NCBI RefSeq assembly: GCF_009914755.1
Contig: NC_060940.1
Origin: the human T2T-CHM13v2.0 reference genome, Homo sapiens
Direction: 5' to 3' (one strand)
DNA: 64,000 bases
Within the stretch, counting starts at the first letter, position 1; each line of letters begins with the position of its first letter. A program made the translations under genes and the position numbers. The notes beneath the pieces are model-generated. The model made no database searches. It saw only the letters and a program-made list of their open reading frames with translations, and was not told the DNA's origin. This document shows, piece after piece, positions 1 through 27,483 of the stretch.

Positions 1-418
1 TCTGCCCAGCCTCTTAAACTGCCACATCACATGGGGTACCCTGTGCCAGGGGAGGCTCTTGTCTTTGGGGAAAGTAGAGGTCATGGGCTGTGCACTTCCT
101 ACACAAGCCTCCAGGCCAAAGTGTCCTCCTGGTCCTCAACAGGGAAGAAAATATACCCAGTTTGGATTCTCAGACTTCTATGGAGAACTGGGTTGTTCAG
201 GTGAAGGTTTATAGGGTTTGATTGTTGCTAATGGCTGATTAAAGAGTGCTTGACTTTCTATGAGTGTGTTTGAAACTGTATTTCCCATGGAGGCAGTGGG
301 GGTCAGGGAGCAGGCTCAGAAATACCCATACATTGTTAGCACCCTGGAAATGAAGGCAATGCATGGGTATATTTAAATTATAGTCTTTCTTTACCAATGA
401 TTTTGCAAAGGAAAAAGA

Positions 419-3095
<2,677 letters not shown>

Positions 3096-3299
3096 GACCT
3101 ACAGTTTTATGACCCAGAGATAAGCATTGGTAACTGCTGGCTTGTGTGTCCTACTAAACTTTTCTCTGCATATAAACAGGTGTGCACACGGGGAGGAAAA
3201 GGGGATAGAGAAGAAATACAGAAATAAATCGTTGTTGTTATCAAAACGCCTTCTCTTTGTCGTAAACGTGTTTTTCCACTTGGTGTTCTGTCCTGGCCA

Positions 3300-3730
3300 A
3301 TTCCAACCGCGCGCCTGCTCAGGCCGAGGTGAGATCCCTGCAGCCCCAACCTGGGGTGCTGACACCCTTGCACACCACCCTTGTGCGCAGCCCCCAGTGC
3401 TCGCATGCTTTTTGCATAGAGTTGCTCACCGGCTCGCTCCGACCAGGGCTTCCCCGGAAAAGGTGGGGAGGGGCTCCTAGGCACTCGCGGTTTCCTGGAG
3501 ATCCACCGTCTCCCTGGGTAGCTCAGGCCGGTGCTCCAAGGCCATTGCCTGCTGACGCAGCCGACTCTGCGGTCTCCTACAGCATGCGCCTCCTGGGAGC
3601 GAGCTCGCCGGGCCGCGCCCCCTGCTGGCCGTGTCCCCTGAAGCCTCGGCCGCAAATGCGCGCCGCTTGAGCCTCGGAGGTTCGGAGTCTCCTCTCCCAG
3701 CTTCCTCTTCTCCGTCCACGCCCACCAGAC
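3300..3730. promoter_or_regulatory. Small CpG-rich island with a strong CTCF motif
   Basis: Local CpG enrichment outside repeats; 3615-3630 reads GGCCAGCAGGGGGCGC on the minus strand (CTCF core consensus); NRF1-like GCATGCGC near 3582. Confidence 0.65.
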
Positions 3731-3943
3731 TTTTAGGCCGTTCTACTCTCCAAACTACCCTTCTTGAAAGGATGTGAGTCATTTGCCAATTGGAGTGCAA
3801 ACGACAACCACAAAGCCCACACAAATGCCCTTCCATGTAGTTTTACTGAGGCTCAGAGGAAGTGACTGGCCCGCAGGGTCACACAGCAAGTAGGTGGCAG
3901 AGCCGGGCCTCAGTCCTGAGACCCACAGGGTGATGGAAAATTC

Positions 3944-4409
3944 TTCTCTCTCCTCCCCCTTCTCCTCCTCTTCTTCTCCTACTCCTCCTCCTGTCCTTCT
4001 TCCTCCTCCTCCTCCCCCCTCCTCCTCCCCCTCCTCCCCCCTCCTCCCTTCTCCTCCTTCTCCTCCTCCTCCTACCCCCTCCTCCTCTCCCTCCTCCTAC
4101 CCCCTCCTCCTCTCCCTCCTCCTCCCCCTTTCCCTCCTCCTCCCCCTTCCTCTCCTCTCCTCCCTCCTCCCCCTCCTCCCTCCTCCTCCCTCCTCCTCCT
4201 TCCTCCTCCTCCCTTCCTCCTGCCCCCTCCTCCTCCCTTCTCCTCCTTCTCCTCCTCCTCCTTCTCCTCCTACCCCCTCCTCCACTCCCTCCTCCTCCCC
4301 CCTTCTTCTCCTCTCCTCCCTCCTCCCCTCTCCTCCTTCCTCCTCCTCCCTCCTCCCCCCTCCTCCTCCCTCCTCCTCCCTCCTCCTCTACCTCCTTCTT
4401 CTTCTTGTT

Positions 4410-4410
<1 letters not shown>
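3944..4410. repeat. CT-rich (CCT)n-type low-complexity homopyrimidine/homopurine tract
   Basis: ~460 nt made almost entirely of C/T on the + strand; abuts the tail end of an antisense Alu monomer at ~4410-4525. Confidence 0.95.
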
Positions 4411-6406
<1,996 letters not shown>

Positions 6407-6551
6407 TCATTATACAAGTTATGCTAGATGGAGTAATGTATATTTACTGTAAAAAATTTGTAATGTTCACCTTTGTCTCTTTAGGATAAATTGAAATAAG
6501 TAGAATTAGTGGATCAAAGGTATGCCCATTGAGTAGCCTCCATGTATGCTC

Positions 6552-7155
<604 letters not shown>

Positions 7156-7289
7156 CACTCCCTGCTAAGATGGCAATGCTCTCTTGCCAATGTTATGTAT
7201 TTAAACCCTGTTTTAATATTTACCAGGTTGACTGACAAAAATTAATGGTTCATTTAATTAGCATTTCTTTTTCTTTTATTTATTATTAT

Positions 7290-8271
<982 letters not shown>

Positions 8272-9289
8272 CTATGCTTTCCCTTTCTCGAAGGAGAGAG
8301 AAGTAATCCTTTTCCATCGTATTTGCTTATAAGACCTTGGGACAAGGAAGCCTTGAGAGATCCGGTGAGGGACTTCGGCTGGCCATCCTATATAGGGTGA
8401 CTGAACTGGTTATAGCCTTGAAATGAAAGTTCCAATGCACATAAAATCCTCCAGGGTGCATTTTTACTTTGGAAGTGGGTGTGTGTGGTAACTTAGAAAA
8501 ACTCAGTGGTTTCAGGCTTGGTGGAATGATGTAATTTTTCTCAGGAAAGTGGCGGGGGCCGCCATCTGTGTGTCTCAGCAGTCAGCCCAGGGCCTGACAC
8601 ATTGTGGGCACCCATAACACCTGCAGATTGAATAATTAAACACTGCTGCCTCTGTCCGGAAGGGTAACCCGTTGTGACCCTATATGACCTGTCTGCTGGG
8701 GGGAGGGAAGAAGTGTGCTTTTGCATTCTCTTGCACTCATTTATTAGAAACCCTTAGACTTTTTTTTAGTTTGGGTCTGAAACAGTCCTCTTAATATGCA
8801 GGAAGAGAGATATTGCCAGTCCTGACTTTGAACTTCTGGAAAGGGCTAAGGGTGAGTGGAACTATAAATATACAAGGGCAAGTCTGACATGAGCAGTTTT
8901 ATTGTGACCACGTCCTTGGGTCCAGGAGGCTGGCCAGGCTGCCCAGGTAAGCCAGGGTGTCTTCCTTCTGGAAAACCACACTCTCAGGGCTCCAAGTGGC
9001 TTTTTCTGGTTGTCTCCCATTTTTCTCTGTCTCCAGGGAAGGACTCCATCTGACTTACCATAGTTACAAGAGTTCTGTGAAAATAATTTATAAGGAAGCA
9101 GGTCATCACTGGAATGCCACAATGTTAGGACCAGAAGGGACGGAGGGATTATCTGGTGTCGGGGTTCGCTGTCTCTCTCAACCTACCAGCCGCCAGCCGT
9201 GCTGAGTTAATTGTCAGTAGCAGGCCAATATAATGGTCAGTTCAAAGCTTAATGGTTTGTGGGAAACCACTAAAGACTTTAGGGCAGGA

Positions 9290-10090
<801 letters not shown>

Positions 10091-10549
10091 CCCACCAACC
10101 ACGAGAAAAGGTGGGAGGGGCGTCATTCTGGCTGCTCTGCTCTGTGGTTAGGACCAAGTCAAAGGTGGAGGAGGGAAAACCGTAAAATCAAGTGAGAGGC
10201 TTGGAATAGGGTGGCTGCGTCGCCGGATGGATGAGTGGAGAGAGATTTAGGAGATAGGATTTACAGCATTAGATAACTGGAAAGAGAGGGTGAGGGAGAG
10301 GAAGGAGTCAAGATGCCTCCCAGGGTTTTGGCTTGGGTCTCTGGGCAGATGGTGGGGCCATTACTGGGTTAGGAGAGAAGAGAAAAAGCAAGTTTGGCAG
10401 AAAGCTGAGTTTGGGGTAAGTTATGTTTGAGGCGCCTGGGGGCCTCCAGAGGCAGGTGTCCAGGTGGCTGGACATCAGGGTGTGGCGCTCAAGAGAGGGT
10501 TCTGGAGTGGTCGACACCGAAGTGGAGAGGAAGCAGTGAGGTGTTCTAA

Positions 10550-11650
10550 CAACGGTGAGGAATTGGGGAGGCCGCTGGGTTCGGGGTATGCAGAGTGTAG
10601 CGGCCACGTAGCTGGCGATCTCAGGCACGTGACTGCCTGGTCCTGTGGCCCCGCGCTCGAACACTTTCAGCACCCAGGCAGGGGGTAAGGGGCGGTGTTG
10701 CCCCCTCCCGGGTCCCGCCTTTCTGCCCGCCTCTCATCCTCTTTAGCCATTGGGCAATACCTCTGTCCATCAAGGGCCCGCCTCCGCAATTGAGCCAACC
10801 AGGGCTGGCGGGAGGGCGCTTCCTTCTGGAGCTGGGTCCTGACTAGGGACCGCCTGGGTGAGGTGAGGACCTGGTGGCCGCAGTTGTGGCACTGTGCGCA
10901 GGCGCTGAACTGACCGGACGGAGCGGGCGGCTGTGGCCTCGCCAGCTGGTGAGAAGCGGGCGAGGGTCCGAGGTAGGGAAGGTAACGAGCGGGGGATGTG
11001 GACACCTCTTTCCCCGCCAGGCCTCGCCGGCGCCTGACCCTCCCGGCCTGCGGCACCGGCTCAGGTGACTGGGCGGAGGGAGAGCTGAGGTGAGGGGGCG
11101 GGTCCGCGGCGGAGAGGGACCAGCTGGGCCTACGACCACGGTCACCCCACTCACGTGCGCGCGCCACGTGGGCCCGCGGGCTCGCCGAGGACCCTTGGCT
11201 GCCTACCGGGGCACCCCACTAGCTGCTCTGGCCTATCGAGCACCCCTTGGAGCTCTGTGTCCCGACTGCACGCCCCTGTTTTACAGGCTGGCAAGCCGGG
11301 GCTCAGAGGCACCAAGCGGGTCGCCCGGGGGCACCCAGCTGGGGTACGGCCGTGCCGGGGTTCTAGGGAGATCGGTTTTGGTGGGCTCCGGAGTCCATGC
11401 ACTTAGCGATGAGGCTGAAGTCAGAGATTTGAACTTGGGACCTGTCTGTTTTCTTTAAGGATGCAAGAGGGTTTGCGTCCTGGCTGCGGTGTATCACCCT
11501 GCACCGCTGCCTGCCTTGACTGCAGGGCCGGAGCGTCAGGCGCCCTCTGCTCCCGGACAGACCGCCCCCGCACCGACTTCTGCGGGGTGGGCTGGCAGGG
11601 GGTGGGGGAGTGAAGGGACGGTCCTCAGTCCTGGGAACTCTTGAGGTCCC
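10550..11650 (+). promoter_or_regulatory. PDP2: PDP2 CpG-island promoter and non-coding exon 1 (candidate donors GT at 10949, 10973, 10982)
   Basis: Dense CpG, GC boxes, CCAAT (ATTGG ~10750); donor CTG|GTGAGA; no ATG in the presumed exon 1. Exact TSS cannot be determined from sequence. Confidence 0.8.
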
Positions 11651-11984
11651 GACAAATGATCTCGAGATCCCGAGGGCAGGATTCATACATGAAAAGCTCA
11701 TTATAATGGGTCAAGGTTTTGTTCTGTTTTTTTTTTTTTAATTTAATTTAATTTAATTTAATTTAATTTAATTTATTATATTCCAAGGAAAAGTACCACC
11801 AGGGCTAGTGAAGGGACTAGGAAACTCGTCACCCCCTTGAGGAGGCAGATGTGAAGCTTTTGGAAATCAGTTTGGCAATGAGTCTACACCCTTGGACCTA
11901 CTGACTCCTTGTTTGGGAAATAACTAGGATAAAACCTAAGTAGAGAAAAGGTTACTGCATAAAGCAGTACAGTTTGGTGGGGTT

Positions 11985-14519
<2,535 letters not shown>

Positions 14520-14592
14520 TCAACTTTTTAATTTTTAGGTTTAAAAATATCCTTTTTTGCTGAAGGAACACATTTGCTGGTATAGTTTCAGA

Positions 14593-16182
14593 ATGTCAAG
14601 TACTGTGTCCTACTGGATCTTAAATTCTACAAGGAACAGCATTGCCACATTGCAAGGGGGTAGACGCTTATACTCCAGGTATGTCTCAAATAGGAATAAA
14701 TTAAAATGGAGGCTCTTTTCCCGGGTGCCACCCACCCTAAACAGTTCCCCATGTGGTGGCTTTACTCTGTGCAAAGCCTACAGACACACATCAACAGAGG
14801 AAGATGATTTTCACTTGCAACTCAGCCCTGAGCAGATAAATGAAGTGCTTCGAGCTGGCGAGACAACCCACAAGATTCTTGACCTTGAAAGCAGAGTCCC
14901 AAATTCAGTGTTGCGGTTTGAGAGCAACCAGCTGGCTGCCAATTCCCCAGTGGAGGACCGGCGAGGTGTAGCCTCCTGCCTGCAAACCAATGGACTGATG
15001 TTTGGCATCTTCGATGGACATGGTGGTCATGCATGTGCCCAAGCAGTGAGCGAGAGGCTCTTCTACTATGTGGCAGTGTCCCTGATGTCCCACCAGACCC
15101 TGGAGCACATGGAGGGAGCTATGGAAAGCATGAAACCCTTGCTGCCCATCCTGCATTGGCTCAAGCACCCAGGGGACAGTATCTACAAGGATGTCACATC
15201 TGTGCATCTTGACCACCTCCGTGTCTATTGGCAGGAACTGCTTGATTTGCACATGGAAATGGGACTAAGCATTGAAGAAGCATTAATGTACTCCTTCCAG
15301 AGACTGGATTCTGACATCTCGCTGGAAATCCAGGCCCCCCTGGAAGATGAGGTGACAAGGAACCTGTCACTCCAGGTTGCTTTCTCTGGGGCAACAGCTT
15401 GCATGGCCCATGTTGATGGAATTCACTTGCACGTGGCAAATGCTGGTGACTGCCGAGCCATCCTTGGTGTCCAAGAGGACAATGGCATGTGGTCTTGTCT
15501 GCCCCTTACACGTGACCACAATGCCTGGAACCAGGCCGAGCTGTCCCGGCTAAAGAGGGAGCACCCTGAGTCAGAGGACAGGACGATCATCATGGAGGAC
15601 AGGCTACTGGGCGTCCTCATCCCCTGCAGGGCCTTTGGGGATGTTCAGCTGAAGTGGAGTAAAGAGTTGCAGCGCAGCATTCTGGAGAGGGGCTTCAATA
15701 CCGAGGCCCTCAACATTTACCAGTTCACACCCCCACACTACTACACTCCACCCTACCTGACTGCTGAGCCTGAGGTCACATACCACAGGCTGAGGCCCCA
15801 GGATAAGTTCCTTGTGCTGGCCTCAGATGGCCTGTGGGACATGCTGAGCAATGAGGACGTGGTAAGGCTGGTGGTGGGGCACCTGGCTGAGGCAGATTGG
15901 CACAAGACAGACCTGGCCCAGAGACCCGCCAACTTGGGGCTCATGCAGAGCCTGCTGCTGCAGAGGAAAGCCAGCGGGCTCCACGAGGCTGACCAAAATG
16001 CAGCCACGCGGCTGATCAGACATGCCATCGGGAACAATGAGTATGGGGAGATGGAGGCAGAGCGGCTGGCGGCGATGCTGACATTGCCAGAGGACTTGGC
16101 GAGGATGTACAGGGATGATATCACTGTCACTGTGGTGTATTTTAACTCAGAATCAATCGGTGCATATTACAAGGGGGGTTAA
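14593..16182 (+). CDS. PDP2: Pyruvate dehydrogenase phosphatase catalytic subunit 2, mitochondrial (PP2C/PPM family), 529 aa, single coding exon
   Basis: MSSTVSYWILNS... with an Arg/Ser-rich transit peptide; PP2C motifs EDRR, IFDGHGG, VANAGDCRA, RAFGD, LASDGLWD, DDIT; acceptor TTTTTAG| at 14538/14539 upstream of the ATG. Confidence 0.98.
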   Translation: MSSTVSYWILNSTRNSIATLQGGRRLYSRYVSNRNKLKWRLFSRVPPTLNSSPCGGFTLCKAYRHTSTEEDDFHLQLSPEQINEVLRAGETTHKILDLESRVPNSVLRFESNQLAANSPVEDRRGVASCLQTNGLMFGIFDGHGGHACAQAVSERLFYYVAVSLMSHQTLEHMEGAMESMKPLLPILHWLKHPGDSIYKDVTSVHLDHLRVYWQELLDLHMEMGLSIEEALMYSFQRLDSDISLEIQAPLEDEVTRNLSLQVAFSGATACMAHVDGIHLHVANAGDCRAILGVQEDNGMWSCLPLTRDHNAWNQAELSRLKREHPESEDRTIIMEDRLLGVLIPCRAFGDVQLKWSKELQRSILERGFNTEALNIYQFTPPHYYTPPYLTAEPEVTYHRLRPQDKFLVLASDGLWDMLSNEDVVRLVVGHLAEADWHKTDLAQRPANLGLMQSLLLQRKASGLHEADQNAATRLIRHAIGNNEYGEMEAERLAAMLTLPEDLARMYRDDITVTVVYFNSESIGAYYKGG

Positions 16183-17978
16183 GAATCTCCCATCCTATTG
16201 TCAAGGTTAACATAAATGCTCTTCTAAAATGTTTCACTTACTCCTAAACTAGCTATCCAAACCTTACTATTAAAAGCGCAGGCAGATTTAATTTGCTAAA
16301 TAGACTAACAGGAGGAAAAAAACAAACAGCCTAGCTTTAAAAAACAGTGAAATAGCAGTGATTTCATGTCCCTGTATGTTCTGATTAAGTCTTATATGCA
16401 GAGAGGACAGAGCATAAAGTCTATAGAATTGGCTTGGGCTTGTGTAGCCCCAGTCATTTGATAAAGATGTTGTTAAACTGTGTCAGCCTGAGCCTTCAAA
16501 GGGTAAATTTAATCATGATTCTGAGAATAAAGAACTTCAGGAGCTTCTTAGGTCTTGCCACAAAAATCTGCAAATTTGATAATTCTCCTGAATTCACAAT
16601 CATGGACTTGTAGACTATGAAGAGATATTTTATTTGTTTGTCTTTTATTTAAATTACTAAGGTCTAGGTTTACAAAGCATACTACAGGACCCTTTTCTAT
16701 GCAATATCCTAACTTTTTTTTTTGTGATTATGCTTGTGAGAAATTTTGTAATACTACATTCTAGTTCTGTTTTCGTTTATTTTAAAACTGAATCCTTAAA
16801 CTTGCAAACACGCCTACTGTAAGCATGCTTGGAATGACTTGTTTTGGTTTTCAGCTGATAGGATCTATGCCTCTGGACCAGCTGAACTTACTGGTGCAGC
16901 TTTTTGTGCCCTCTACTGAGTCCCATTCCAGAAACTTTGAGCCATGCTAGGAGGTAACTAGTCTATGCCTTAACTCCTGACCTTTCCTGCATTAGTAAAA
17001 TTTCCTCCTGGGCTGAGCCTTTGGGGGTTGATTCACAGCATTTAAGCTTTCTGATTATACCTCTCAAACATTCTTCTGTCAATTCCACACAATCCTTCTA
17101 CCTCTGCTATGCTGAACCCCTCATTCACCCTGCACCTGCCAACTGCAAAATATTGTCTGAAAGAATCTTTCACATGTTCCTGCTTCCTATGGCTGCAGGA
17201 AAGGAGAAAATGTGATTGCATGTGGTAGTTGTGGTGATAGACGTTTAGACAGGACAGGTTAATTTAGCGGATTGTGGACTTAAGATTCAACCTCTATCTG
17301 GAGAGGTGAAAACACAAAGGCTTAAGGACAACAGTTTCTAACCAAGTTTCTCTGAATCCTTTCCTGAGAGGTGGTGGGCAGGAGGGAGGAGTGAGACTTA
17401 TCAGATGGGACGCTTGCCCCAAGACTGTGGGATAAACCACCATTGCTAGTCCTCAGGAATTAGACCATATTTAGTATAGGAGTTGGGGCAAAAATAAAAG
17501 TGTAATTTGTAATGGTTTCTGTGGGCTGTAGACTCTTTGTATTTACTTGGAAATTCAGTTATGTGGATCCATTTTGGAGATGAATTTCATCTCATGAGTT
17601 GCTGTGGCATTTAAACAACAGGAAATGTGTCCCTAAATGGAAACAAATATAATCCCACAAAACCAACAATTTTATTTGCCTCTACTACGTCAGGCAGAAT
17701 TCTTCAATTAAGTTGAACTACATTTGTTGATCCCTTTTCTCATCTTACCCCTTTATGCCACCTACTGAAAAGAAAAACAAATAGCTAGGTTTGGTTTCCT
17801 GTTTTTTGTCTATGTCCCAGCTGACATTCAGTCAAATGTTGGGATACTTCTAATTTGGTGGTGTTTCTTTGTACATTTTTCAGTGCAACTGTTTAGTCAT
17901 GTGTTTTCATCTAAGAAATTATCTTTTGAATATTTAAGCCTTGATCCTTTTATTCTGAAACCATTAATATTCCTTCTT

Positions 17979-20658
<2,680 letters not shown>

Positions 20659-22022
20659 TTATTTGTTAACATTAAGGCTAATTTATTATAATGAAAATGT
20701 AAACTTTGAGGTATGTTAATATATAAACATCTTTTTCCTTTGGCCTAAAAGGTCTTTAGTATTCAGCACACTGGGTAAAGTTCAGTTTAGACACAATCAA
20801 ATTGGCATCTTTTAAACATAAGTGAAATATAGAGAGCTTGAACTTGAGTTACTTAAAGAAGATACAGTATAATTAATTATACAGAACAAAACAAAGATGT
20901 GTTTAGAGTGACTCTGGCCTGACTCTTGTCCATCAGCCCCTAGTAGCCTATCTTCAGCCTTTGGGAAGTCTTAACTTCCCAGGTTAAACTAGAATATTCT
21001 GGAACTGAGCTGTCCAAATTTCATCTTAAAGTGGATCATTTGACTCTGAAACACGATTCTCATGGCAGAAAAAGCCCTGGTGTTTCCTTGGAGCTGGGGA
21101 TAAAGGCCAGTGAGCCAGCCTGTGATGAGAGCTGCCCCTGGCACTATCTGAGTGGAAAGCTCATTGGGACAGCCATGCAGCTATCAGAGCCGACTGAAGC
21201 CCTGTCCCTTACCCCTCAGGCACCTGATGCTTAACTTGCCTCCTGGGAAATAATGATCTAGCATTTACTTGGAACAATGATTAATCATGTTCTTTAATAA
21301 TTGCTGACATTTGTATTTTAAGCTGTATACCAATGTTCGTATTTGACATTGATTTTCTAACCATTAGAGATATTTAATTAAAACTTGGAAATGAAAGAAA
21401 CAAAATGAAATTTAGTTTCTTTTGGTTTGAATCCTAATTTTTTTTTTCAGTCCTTAAGGTACTAGATTAGGCCAACCTTTGTTTCACCACCTTTATCTGA
21501 CCGTGGAAGATTTTAGGCTGTTCAAGAGTCCACCCAAAAGAGAAGTATGCTGCTCTGCAAAGGTTTGGTGGCTGTTGCCCAGGAAATCCTCATTTAGTGT
21601 TGACCGTGTGTGTGGAGACCTGAAAGAAGTGAAGGCTTTTGTTGTGAGGGTCTCCACACACTCAGGGCCAAAGCCTGCCAGAATTTCATACTATTTAACT
21701 TGAGACATTAAAACCAACTTGGCACATTACCCCCTCGCCCCGGAAGAGAGAAGTGGGCAGAAGTGGAAGGGTGCAGTGGCTCATGCCATCATGCCCAGCC
21801 AACCCTCCTTTTCAGCAAGATCAAATTGATGCCCAGAGGTTGAAAAACACCCACGACACAGCGGTAGGGCCAGGATTTGAACCAAGTCCAAAGTCCCAAT
21901 ACTGGGCTTTCAGGAAGGGAGAATTATGTACAGTTTTTTGCACAATTTTGGCCTGGAATGAGTGGGGCTGGGAGGAGAGGTTGGTGGTACTGAAAGGAAG
22001 CTAGAAGGCTTTTGGGGGGTTA

Positions 22023-25254
<3,232 letters not shown>

Positions 25255-26829
25255 CTACAGAAAGGTGAGGGCCATTCTGTGTTCTCACTCAGGGCCCTGG
25301 ACACAGGATGATCCCGGATGGTGAGGCGGAGGTGAGGACATTGCTGTATGAGCGGAGAGTTGGCTGAGCTGCTAGAATCCCTTCCTCTGAAACGAAGCAG
25401 TGAAGGGATGGTGTGGGGAAGGTTGTCAACCAGCCAGCATGCTCCTGGGCCTGTGGAAGGGGAGAGTGTCCACGGTTCACTTGGGGTCCCAGGGACCTTG
25501 CCAGCCCTGTACTGGGCTTTGGCATGAAGGGGTGGAGAAGCTCTTCCAAGCTCTGACTGGTGTCTTGGTTACTAAATCCTGAGGGTGGCATGATGAGAAC
25601 ACCAGTGGGGAGCCTTTGGCTGTGGGGTTCTGTGAGTGAGGCAGCATGAAGCAGAAGTTGCCTCTAGATGTCGCCATCTGACCACACTGGCATCAGCTGA
25701 GTGCCGTTGGAGGAAAATGTTCATGAGATGCGGCCTGAGGCCTGTCCCCAGCCCAAGCTGGGTCTCCTGGCGACTGCAGCTTGGAGCACCTTTGGAAAGC
25801 CTCCTGGGACTTGGGATGTCTTTGGGGCTGGGAACAAGTGTGGGTGGAGGAAGGGCCGGTCCTGTGGTCACCCAGCCCTGTCTTGTAGGGAAGGAACTGC
25901 TGGGGTCCCAGGAGAAGCCAGAGCCAGGCAGTGAGCTCCAGATGGTGGGGGAGTGGCTGCCACCTTGACCATCTTCCCCCGCATGGCTGTTCTCCTCTGT
26001 GGACCACCCCATGCCTCTGACCCCCATCCTCCCTACCCCATTCCCTACAGCCAGTCCCCACAACCACTCTTCCAGCAGCCCGGGGGGCCATTCCCATCTG
26101 TCCTCCCCTGTCCCAGTTCCAATAATGGACTACACCACCTTTATCTTCCACTGCCCCAAATGACGGCTGTCCGTCTAGTCAGTTCCACCCACTACACCAC
26201 AGTCATCGTGACCATGTCACTCCTTTGCTCCGAACCATGGCTCCCCCTCACCCTAAGGAGGAAAGCTCAGACTCCCTCTCCCCAGGGTGGCCTCTCCAGC
26301 CTCCTCCATCTGTTCCCAGCAGGGTGGGCATGGCTGTCACATGTTCCTAGAACATGCCAGGCCTTTGGCCTTGCTGTTCCCTCCGCTGGAACACCTACCA
26401 CTGCACCATCCACCTCCACCTGTCTTGTTCCTGCGACTCAGCATGACTCTGCTGAAGCATCCCCTGCCCTGGGAAGACTTCCTGGCTTTCCAGGCAGTAC
26501 CAGCTCCTGTCTCCAGTTCCCATGGCACTGGGACCTCCATCACATCTCCTCAGATAGCTTGCCAATGTCTGTCAGTCTGTCTGCCCTCTTGGCGGCACCA
26601 GGGACCTCCTCTGACTCTCCTCTGAGTCCCCAGGGATCAGCCCAGTGCCTGGTATGAAGTAGGCACTTGCACATGCATTTAAAATGTTAGGGAGGAAAGA
26701 GTGGGAAAAGAGAAAGAGATCCTTGTCTTTCCTCACAAGCTGAAGTCACCTCTTGCAAGCATTGGGCCTGTGCCCTGGTTATCCCTGGGATGGAGCCGAG
26801 AACCCTCCAACTTTTGCTTCTTGCTATGG

Positions 26830-27480
26830 GCTTTTTGTTTTGAGACAGAGTCTCACTCTGTTGCCCAGACTGGAGTGCAGTGGCAGGATCATGGCTCACT
26901 GTAGCCTCAACAATGTCCGGCCTCTAAGCCCAAGCTAAGCCATCATATCCCTTGTGACCTGCACGTATACATCCAGATCACCTGAAGCAACTGAAGATCC
27001 ACAGAAGAAGTGAAAATAGCCTTAACTGATGACATTCCACCATTGTGATTTGTTTCTGCCCCACCCTAACTGATCAATGTACTTTGTAATCTGCCCCACC
27101 CTTAAGAATGTTCTTTGTAATTCTCCCCACCCTTGAGAAGGTACTTTGTGAGATCCACTCCCTGCCTGCCAAACGTTGCTCCTAACTCCACCGCCTATCC
27201 CAAAACCTGTAAGAACTAATGATTAATCCACCACCCTTTCTTTGCTGACTCTCTTTTCGGACTCAGCCCACTTGCACCCAGGTGAAATAAACAGCCTTGT
27301 TGCTCACACAAAGCCTGTTTGGTGGTCTCTTCACACGGACACGTGAGACAAACTTCCCCTGGCTCAGGTGATCCTCCCACCTCAGCCTTCCGAGTAGCTG
27401 GGGCTACAGGCGTGCACCATCACCTGGCTAATTTTTGTATTTTTTGTGGAGATGAGGTTTCGCCATGTTGCTCCAGCTGG
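26830..27480 (-). mobile_element. Antisense AluJ-like element split by an LTR7 insertion
   Basis: ...CACTGTAGCCTCAACAA [LTR] AACTTCCCCTGGCTCAGGTGATCCTCCCACCTCAGCC... Alu sequence resumes after 27350. Confidence 0.85.
26914..27350 (+). mobile_element. HERV-H solo LTR (LTR7 family, LTR7B-like), 437 bp
   Basis: TGTCCGGCCTCTAAGCCCAAGCTAAGCCATCATATCCC start; GCCTTAACTGATGACATTCCACC; CCCCACCCTT repeats; AATAAACAGCCTTGTTGCTCACACAAAGCCTGTTTGGTGG...GAGACA end; TG..CA termini. Confidence 0.92.
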
Positions 27481-27483
27481 CCC

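Noticed and set aside
14557-14592. 12-aa N-terminal extension of PDP2 in the ORF track
   Set aside because: Starts at a non-ATG codon; the ATG at 14593 gives the expected 529-aa protein.
14593-16182. PDP2 as a processed pseudogene (intronless CDS)
   Set aside because: Intact ORF and catalytic motifs, upstream acceptor and CpG promoter, no poly(A)/TSD scar; a single coding exon is normal for PDP genes.
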